A stretch of 55,612 nt of DNA, from positions 1 through 55,612 of the forward strand of contig JBILPB010000004.1 in assembly GCA_044374175.1 (NCBI GenBank), written 5' to 3'. Shown here one piece after another: positions 49,032-55,612 of this stretch. The notes beneath the pieces are model-generated. The model was not told the origin of the DNA, did no database searches, and worked only from the letters and a program-made list of their open reading frames with translations. A program made the position numbers and the translations under genes. This DNA is from Bacteroidia bacterium. Its GTDB lineage: Bacteria > Bacteroidota > Bacteroidia > UBA4408. Each line of letters starts with the position of its first letter. The first letter of the stretch is position 1.

Positions 49032-50642
49032 TTATTCTAGATGCCCTTCAGTAATTACAATTTTTTTATTGAAAACTATTCCATTGGAAATTCCATTCAT
49101 ATAATACACACCTGCTTTTAAATCACCAATTGCCAATACTATTGTGTTTCCTTTATTAATTTGGGTTATATATTTTGTTAATACTGTTTTACCTGTGGCA
49201 TCAGTTATTTTGAGGTTAAGCGCATTAAAATCATTATTAAATTTAAGAAATAAATTTTTACTAGCAGGATTTGGATAAAGTTCTAATGTTACCTCTTGAT
49301 GATTTTTATCTAATGAAAAAGGTACATCTTTTATGAGCTGCCAGGCACCTTTTGTATCGTAGCCTGCTGAAATTGGTGTGGCTAATGATGCAGCAACAGC
49401 TGTAACTGCTTGAATATTTCTAACCATAAATGGAATATCTAAGGTGCCTAAACTATCACTAGTGGTGTGATAATTAGCATTTCTAAAATCTGCTCCATCG
49501 GTAAGCATTAAAGCTTTATAGCCAGCATCCCAAAAAGGAGCATGGTCGCTACGTCTTAAATCCGGTGCTATTTGCCCTGTTCCTGGTACATTCAACACCA
49601 GAGATTTTACATTCGGAACATAATTTCTAGCTATAGTATCAAAGGCTAATGATAATGAGGCGCTATTGGTATTTCCTACGGTAAAGAGCCATACACCTTG
49701 GTTTCCACCAGTTGTAATTGAATCAACTGCCGCTGGAAATAATTGTGAAAAACCATTTGGTATCGATTGAGAATTTGGCGCATCACTATAATAACCAATC
49801 ATCTCCATGTTAAGCACCGCCTCAGTTTGCTGAAAGGATGGTATGCTATTATTGATATAATACAAGGAGCCAATCAAGCCGCTTTCTTCTTTATCAAATC
49901 CAATAAATTGAATTGTTTTTTCAAAGTTATAATCACTCAAAATTTTAGAAGCAATCAATACAGCCGCCACAGATGATCCATTGTCATCAGCACCTGGTGA
50001 GTTTACCACAGCATCAAAATGTGCATCCACAATAAGTGTCTTTTTTTCTTGCCATAAACCTGGTTTACGTCCCAAAATATTTTCGGATGCTACATTCCCA
50101 AAGTTAAAGGCACTTCTGGTCGTTTGCAAATGATGATGTGCAAAGTTGGCTTCAATACTATCTTTTATCATTATTAACCCTTGCGGTGCAGCTGTGTGAT
50201 GCCTTGGCTGTGCAATGTATTGCATATATTCATAAACCAAAGTACTGTCAATAGCAGGTAACATGTTTTGTACTGAAACAGGTTTTCTATCGATTGCTAC
50301 TATTTTTATCATAAACCAGGCATTGGCATTGCCATTTGCAGCATAATATAGGCTATCGGTATTGTAGTTAATTACAATTGTTTTATTGCTACCAGGTGTT
50401 ACAGGATAACCTAATGCGCCAGTGGCCAATTGAATTGGCGAAACATAACTAAGGCCACTATCGGCCGATAGCCATGCTTTTACCTCCATCAAATCATTGT
50501 CTAAATCAAGCGCATTGTAATTAATGTTGATTGTTTTTGCAGTAGTATCAATTGTTGCATTATTGATGGTAATTATTGGCGCTGTATTTTGCGCTAGGCC
50601 CAAAAGAGGTATAAAAAAAAGTAGCGTAATAATTCTTTTCAT
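49032..50642 (-). CDS. M28-family metallopeptidase with T9SS type-A CTD
   Basis: AHFD, GADDNGS, DKEESGL, NMEMIGY, RSDH and YHTTSD motifs; CTD LYPNPA...GVYY...KKIVI. Confidence 0.92.
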   Translation of the reverse strand: MKRIITLLFFIPLLGLAQNTAPIITINNATIDTTAKTININYNALDLDNDLMEVKAWLSADSGLSYVSPIQLATGALGYPVTPGSNKTIVINYNTDSLYYAANGNANAWFMIKIVAIDRKPVSVQNMLPAIDSTLVYEYMQYIAQPRHHTAAPQGLIMIKDSIEANFAHHHLQTTRSAFNFGNVASENILGRKPGLWQEKKTLIVDAHFDAVVNSPGADDNGSSVAAVLIASKILSDYNFEKTIQFIGFDKEESGLIGSLYYINNSIPSFQQTEAVLNMEMIGYYSDAPNSQSIPNGFSQLFPAAVDSITTGGNQGVWLFTVGNTNSASLSLAFDTIARNYVPNVKSLVLNVPGTGQIAPDLRRSDHAPFWDAGYKALMLTDGADFRNANYHTTSDSLGTLDIPFMVRNIQAVTAVAASLATPISAGYDTKGAWQLIKDVPFSLDKNHQEVTLELYPNPASKNLFLKFNNDFNALNLKITDATGKTVLTKYITQINKGNTIVLAIGDLKAGVYYMNGISNGIVFNKKIVITEGHLE

Positions 50643-50794
50643 GGTAAAATGATAAGTTTTAAATTATTTTAAATCAAATATATGAAAAGTAATGTATTGG
50701 ATAATAAATAGATTGTCTTTATGCTTTTTCGTGAATACCATACCATTTGCCGCTTTTGGGCATAAATTTTAAACATGCCAATTAATTTCATTTA

Positions 50795-50828
50795 TTTGAT
50801 GCTACTATCCTCAAAAAAAATATCTTTG
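50795..50828 (+). promoter_or_regulatory. Bacteroidota housekeeping promoter of sucD
   Basis: TTTG at 50795-50798 and TATCTTTG at 50821-50828. Confidence 0.65.
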
Positions 50829-50855
50829 CACTTCAAATTCAAAAAATAAAAATAC

Positions 50856-51737
50856 ATGGGTGTTTTAGTAAATAAAAATTCAAAAGTAATTGTTCAAGGT
50901 TTTACAGGTAGTGAAGGTACTTTTCATGCTACCCAAATGATTGAGTATGGAACCAATGTTGTTGGCGGTGTAACCCCAGGTAAAGGTGGACAAAAACATC
51001 TTGAAAAACCTGTTTTTAATACGGTAGCTGATGCTGTTGCTAAAGCGGGTGCAGATACTTCAATAATTTTTGTACCTCCCGCATTTGCTGGAGATGCCAT
51101 TATGGAAGCAGCAGAAGCTGGTATCAAAGTAATAATATGTATCACCGAAGGTATTCCAACCAAAGATATGATTACAGTGAAGGAATATTTAAAAGACCGT
51201 GATTGTAGATTAGTAGGCCCTAATTGCCCAGGTGTAATTACGGCAGATGAGGCTAAAGTAGGGATTATGCCTGGTTTTGTTTTCAAAAAAGGTAAAATTG
51301 GTATCGTTTCTAAATCTGGTACTTTAACTTATGAAGCTGCTGATCAAATTGTAAAAGCAGGAATGGGAATTACCACTGCCATAGGCATAGGTGGCGATCC
51401 AATTATTGGAACAACAACCAAAGAAGCAGTTGAATTATTGATGAATGATCCTGAAACAGATGGTATAATTATGATTGGCGAAATTGGTGGTGGTATGGAA
51501 GCAGAGGCAGCACATTGGATAAAAGCCAATGGTACTAAGCCTGTTGTTGGTTTTATTGCTGGACAAACTGCCCCTCCGGGACGTAGAATGGGCCATGCAG
51601 GTGCTATTGTTGGTGGTGCAGATGATACTGCTGCTGCAAAAATGAAAATTATGCGCGAGTGTGGTATCACTGTGGTTGACAGCCCTGCAGGGATTGGCGC
51701 TGCAATGGCAAAAGTTTTAAATACAGTTACAGCTTAA
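50856..51737 (+). CDS. sucD: Succinyl-CoA ligase alpha subunit
   Basis: QGFTG, GGVTPGKGG, GPNCPG, SKSGTLTYE and RMGHAGA motifs. Confidence 0.97.
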   Translation: MGVLVNKNSKVIVQGFTGSEGTFHATQMIEYGTNVVGGVTPGKGGQKHLEKPVFNTVADAVAKAGADTSIIFVPPAFAGDAIMEAAEAGIKVIICITEGIPTKDMITVKEYLKDRDCRLVGPNCPGVITADEAKVGIMPGFVFKKGKIGIVSKSGTLTYEAADQIVKAGMGITTAIGIGGDPIIGTTTKEAVELLMNDPETDGIIMIGEIGGGMEAEAAHWIKANGTKPVVGFIAGQTAPPGRRMGHAGAIVGGADDTAAAKMKIMRECGITVVDSPAGIGAAMAKVLNTVTA

Positions 51738-51754
51738 TCATTAATATAAATATT

Positions 51755-51790
51755 AAAAAAAAGGCATCCTTAAAAAGGGTGCCTTTTTTT
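51755..51790 (+). terminator. Rho-independent terminator after sucD
   Basis: AAAAAAAGGCATCCT...AGGGTGCCTTTTTTT. Confidence 0.88.
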
Positions 51791-51805
51791 GTGACCACCT
51801 AAGCC

Positions 51806-52552
51806 ATGTGTGCAATTTTTACAGGAAATCACTTAATAAAACTCAAAGAAGTAGATTCTACAAATACTTACTTAAGTAATTTAGCAGGTCATGAAAAACT
51901 TCCGGATGGCACTGTTGTGATTGCCCAACATCAATATGCCGGCAAAGGTCAAAGAGGCAATGTTTGGCTGGTCGATAAAAATAAAAACCTCACTTTTTCA
52001 ATATTGTATTATCCTGCCACAATAAACATCAACAAGCAGTTTTTATTAACGCAGGCCATTTCATTGGGGGTTCATGATTATTTAAATACAAAGTGTAAAT
52101 ATGCAAAAATCAAGTGGCCTAATGATTTGTATATTGCTGATAAAAAAATAGGAGGATTGTTAATCGAAAATTCAATTAAAGGCGAAGTTATTGCTCAAGT
52201 TGTAATTGGTGTTGGATTAAACATAAATCAAGAATTATTTGATCTGCCTGTTGCAAAGGCCACCTCTCTTAAATTGGAAAACGATGATTATTATGACTTA
52301 GAAGCTGAGTTTTCAGTATTATTAACTTGTATAGAAAGAAGATATTTACAATGGAAAAACGGACAATATGATAGTTTAAATGACCAATATTTAAAAGCTT
52401 TATACCTGTCTCAATCGTGGCACATTTACAAACTACCGGATGGTACTTATTTCGATGGCAAAATAATTGGAATCAATGAAATTGGTGAATTACTCATTGA
52501 AGATTTGGATGGAGATTTGCGTAAATTTGGTCATAAGGAAATTATCTTTTAA
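51806..52552 (+). CDS. birA: Biotin--protein ligase (no N-terminal HTH)
   Basis: DSTN, QYAGKGQRGN.W, KWPND, KIGGLLIE and GVGLNIN motifs. Confidence 0.93.
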   Translation: MCAIFTGNHLIKLKEVDSTNTYLSNLAGHEKLPDGTVVIAQHQYAGKGQRGNVWLVDKNKNLTFSILYYPATININKQFLLTQAISLGVHDYLNTKCKYAKIKWPNDLYIADKKIGGLLIENSIKGEVIAQVVIGVGLNINQELFDLPVAKATSLKLENDDYYDLEAEFSVLLTCIERRYLQWKNGQYDSLNDQYLKALYLSQSWHIYKLPDGTYFDGKIIGINEIGELLIEDLDGDLRKFGHKEIIF

Positions 52553-52661
52553 CCCAAATTAAAACGATAGCATTGCAGCTCAATAATATTTTTCAATAAG
52601 ACAGAAGTTAAATGGGAGTAAAATAGATTAACTTGTTTAAAAAGAATGTGTTTAGTAAAAA

Positions 52662-52694
52662 CAAAAATGGCCCACTAAGGAGTGAGCCATTTTG
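52662..52694. terminator. Hairpin terminator between convergent birA and lipoprotein genes
   Basis: AAAATGGCCCACT-aagg-AGTGAGCCATTTT. Confidence 0.75.
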
Positions 52695-52711
52695 CTATTA
52701 TTTATGTATGC

Positions 52712-53257
52712 TTATTTTAAAGGAACAACATTGGCTGTCATTTTATAGTTAAGCGTTATTTTAACAGGTTGTGCTATTAATACCTTAGCATTATTGAAGC
52801 CTTTTGAAACCATATAAAAGGTTTTTTGAGATAAAAATTGTTTTAAATCGTTACCAGAAGAAGTTAATCTGATAGTTTTACTACCATCATGAGCCACTGG
52901 ATTTAAATAGGCAATTTTACTTTCACTTCCACCTTCCAGAGCAAAGTATGAATCAACATAATCAATAGCATCAAAAGTCATGGTGCTGCCGTTAATTAAA
53001 ACCCATTCAACTGATTCAACAACTAATGATTTAACATCCTCTAAACTTCCATTGTATTCATTTAGCTTAGCCTCTAAATTAGAGTTTACAATTTGCTTGT
53101 TGTATTCTTTGTATCCCGGCAACGTATCAACTGGGATAGAGAAATTAATAGATAAACTACCTAAAATATCAGTTTCTACCTTAACTGCATCTTTTTTGCA
53201 TGAGCTAATAAATAAACCAGCCACAGCGAGCATGGATAAAATAATTGCTTTTTTTAT
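52712..53257 (-). CDS. Hypothetical lipoprotein
   Basis: Lipobox ISSC followed by KKD. The in-frame ATA-KKAIILS extension upstream of ATG 53233 completes a typical signal peptide. Confidence 0.7.
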   Translation of the reverse strand: MKKAIILSMLAVAGLFISSCKKDAVKVETDILGSLSINFSIPVDTLPGYKEYNKQIVNSNLEAKLNEYNGSLEDVKSLVVESVEWVLINGSTMTFDAIDYVDSYFALEGGSESKIAYLNPVAHDGSKTIRLTSSGNDLKQFLSQKTFYMVSKGFNNAKVLIAQPVKITLNYKMTANVVPLK

Positions 53258-53385
53258 TTTAGTACGAGGTTAGTGATTAATGATAGAACTAATGTAAATC
53301 AGAATTATAACTTTTGTAAGAAAACTGATTAAAATCATGTTTTATCTGTTTTATTTGGAAATTTTGTAGGGAAATAAACAACTTG

Positions 53386-54066
53386 TTAATTTTCCTTTAA
53401 AAGATCGGGTCTTTTACTTTTTGTGCGGTTTATGGCTTGTTCAAATCGCCATTTTTCTATTTCACCCGCATGGCCACTTAAAAGTACATCGGGCACTTTA
53501 TAACCTTTATAATCTGCTGGTCTGGTGTATACAGGTGGCGATAATAAATCGTCTTGAAATGAATCTGATAAAGCAGAAGTTTCATCGTTAAGTACACCAG
53601 GAATTAATCGAATAACACTATCGCAAAAAACTGCCGCAGCAAGCTCACCACCACTTAAAACATAATCGCCCACTGAAATTTCCTTGGTAATATAAATTTC
53701 TCTGATACGCTCATCAATGCCTTTGTAATGGCCACATAATACTAAAATGTTATTTAATGTTGAATAGGTGTTAGCCATTTTTTGATTCAGCGTTTCGCCA
53801 TCAGGCGTCATATAAATTATTTCATCATAATTTCTTTTAGTTTTTAAATCTTCAATACAATTAGCGATGGGCTCAATCATCATAACCATGCCAGCGCCAC
53901 CACCATAGCAATAATCATCAACATTTTTATGTTTACTGGTGGCATAATCTCGTAAATTAATTAAATTAACACTTACCAATCCCTTTTGTTGTGCACGTTT
54001 TAAAATTGAGTGATCAAAAGGACTTTGAATTAATTCGGGTAAAACGGTGATAATATCAATATGCAT
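53386..54066 (-). CDS. trmD: tRNA (guanine37-N1)-methyltransferase
   Basis: [31 protein letters not shown] and YTRP motifs; start moved to MHIDII. Confidence 0.97.
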   Translation of the reverse strand: MHIDIITVLPELIQSPFDHSILKRAQQKGLVSVNLINLRDYATSKHKNVDDYCYGGGAGMVMMIEPIANCIEDLKTKRNYDEIIYMTPDGETLNQKMANTYSTLNNILVLCGHYKGIDERIREIYITKEISVGDYVLSGGELAAAVFCDSVIRLIPGVLNDETSALSDSFQDDLLSPPVYTRPADYKGYKVPDVLLSGHAGEIEKWRFEQAINRTKSKRPDLLKEN

Positions 54067-54157
54067 TTTGCGAAATTTAAAGTACAAAGTAACTTATTTA
54101 TGCACAAATATTTGACAAATCATTAAATTATATTCCCTTTGTACTTTAAAATACAAT

Positions 54158-55111
54158 ATGCGCATCATTTTTATGGGAACGCCTGCATTTGCAGTGCCAA
54201 TTTTGGATATTTTAATCAAGCACAACTATAATATTGTTGGCGTAATTACAGCGCCCGACAAGCCTAGCGGTAGAGGATTGAAGATGCATCAATCGGCAGT
54301 TAAAGAATATGCTTTAAGCCAGCATTTACATGTGATGCAGCCCGAAAAATTAAAAAATCCTGATTTTATTAAAGAACTAAGTGATTTAAAAGCCGATTTG
54401 CAAATAGTGGTAGCATTTAGAATGTTGCCCGAAATTGTTTGGAATATGCCGCCAAAAGGTACATTTAATCTGCATGCTTCTTTGTTGCCTCAATACCGCG
54501 GTGCTGCACCTATAAATTATGCACTCATCAACGGTGAAAAAGAAACGGGTGTGACCTCTTTTTTCTTAACCCATGAGATCGATACAGGGCATATAATTAT
54601 GCAACAAAAGTGTGACATTGGACCATATGAAACGGCTGGAGAATTGCATGATAAACTCATGAACTTAGGTGCAGAAACTGTATTAAAAACAGTTCAATTG
54701 ATTGAAAGCAATGAGTTTGAGCCTGTTTCACAAAATAGCATAATCCATGGAGAATTAAAAGCTGCGCATAAAATTTTTAAAGAAGATTGTATTATAAAAT
54801 GGGAAAAGGATGCACAAACTATACATAATTTTATTAGAGGTTTAAGTCCTTTTCCGACTGCTTTTACCAACCTGTGTCTTGAAAAAAATGAGAAAATACT
54901 GTTCAAAATATACAAAGCAGATTTTGAAATTAAAGCACATCAGATGCCAGTTGGTTCAATTGATACTGACGGAAAAATTTTTTTAAAAGTCGCTTGTAAA
55001 GATGGCTTTATTAATTTAATTCATGTGCAAATGGCAGGTAAAAAAGCGATGTCTATTGGGGAGTTCCTGAGAGGTTTTGATGTACACAAAATACAAATGA
55101 TGGAAGTATAA
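54158..55111 (+). CDS. fmt: Methionyl-tRNA formyltransferase
   Basis: FMGTPAFA, PDKPSGRG, NLHASLLPQYRGAAPI and DTG motifs. Confidence 0.97.
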   Translation: MRIIFMGTPAFAVPILDILIKHNYNIVGVITAPDKPSGRGLKMHQSAVKEYALSQHLHVMQPEKLKNPDFIKELSDLKADLQIVVAFRMLPEIVWNMPPKGTFNLHASLLPQYRGAAPINYALINGEKETGVTSFFLTHEIDTGHIIMQQKCDIGPYETAGELHDKLMNLGAETVLKTVQLIESNEFEPVSQNSIIHGELKAAHKIFKEDCIIKWEKDAQTIHNFIRGLSPFPTAFTNLCLEKNEKILFKIYKADFEIKAHQMPVGSIDTDGKIFLKVACKDGFINLIHVQMAGKKAMSIGEFLRGFDVHKIQMMEV

Positions 55112-55166
55112 TTACGAATTGTTATTTTTATTTATAAACTTGCAGAGCAAATTAATTTATAACATT

Positions 55167-55612
55167 ATGAAACAAAATATAATAGGTATTCAACAAGTTG
55201 GTGTAGGTATTCCTGATGTTCATAAAGCATGGGCATATTATCGTAAACACTTTGGTATGGACATTCCCATTTTTCAGGAAAGTGCAGAGGCTAAGTTGAT
55301 GACACCATACACCGGAGGTAAAGTTCATAGTAGAAGTGCTGTGTTAGCCATTAACATTAAAGGTGGAAGTGGTTTAGAGATTTGGCAATTTACAAGCCGC
55401 AAAACTGAAGCGCCATCTTTTGAAATATTGTTAGGCGATTATGGTATTATGATTACAAAAATTAAAGCACATGATGTAAAGCTGTCTTATCAACAATTAA
55501 AAAGTAATGGCGCCCTTATCATTGGGGATTTGCAGAAAGCGCCAGATCAAACTGATTGTTTTTATGTGAAAGATGAATTTGGTTCCATTTTTCAAGTAGT
55601 ACAAGGTAAAGA
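55167..55612 (+). CDS. VOC/glyoxalase-family protein, 5' part only; runs off the window
   Basis: Manual translation MKQNIIGIQQVGVGIPDVHKAWAYYRKHFGM...GLEIWQF...FYVKDEFGSIFQVV; open to the window end; not in the ORF track. Confidence 0.8.
   Translation, partial: MKQNIIGIQQVGVGIPDVHKAWAYYRKHFGMDIPIFQESAEAKLMTPYTGGKVHSRSAVLAINIKGGSGLEIWQFTSRKTEAPSFEILLGDYGIMITKIKAHDVKLSYQQLKSNGALIIGDLQKAPDQTDCFYVKDEFGSIFQVVQGK

Noticed and set aside
50856-51737. sucD without an adjacent sucC
   Set aside because: Separation of sucC and sucD is common in Bacteroidota
1725-54915. Many short ORFs in the track lying antisense or out of frame within long genes (e.g. 2954-3295, 11515-11952, 39051-39443, 43741-44310, 50924-51670)
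   Set aside because: They are fully nested in well-supported genes and have no recognisable motifs; they are codon-bias shadows

Overview
AT-rich chromosomal segment of a Bacteroidota bacterium, judged from TAnnTTTG promoter boxes, T9SS C-terminal sorting domains and an IPExxxVDY-pyk pairing. The backbone is housekeeping: acnA, ansA, tatD, gpmI, paaD/paaG, accA, fabG, pyk, a NatAB-like ABC transporter, ppx, sucD, birA, trmD and fmt. No rRNA, tRNA or CRISPR array was seen. Five accessory elements stand out. (1) A ~16 kb block (6387-22242) holds two T9SS surface proteins of 1113 and 3155 aa that share a paralogous N-terminal beta-helix head but carry different stalks and CTD types (B vs A). An identical 20-bp palindrome-containing box precedes each gene, and a TPR histidine kinase / NarL-type regulator pair follows, which suggests a self-contained regulated adhesin system. 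(2) A collagen + Peptidase_S74 chaperone fibre gene without a CTD is coupled to a tiny CTD-bearing partner, followed by S8 and S41 protease genes. (3) Three tandem ~75-aa four-Cys lipoproteins of a family I do not recognise. (4) An intact-looking IS4 element. (5) A DinJ/YafQ-like TA module with an N-truncated toxin, plus small gene relics. All family calls come from motif recognition by eye; no database searches were run.
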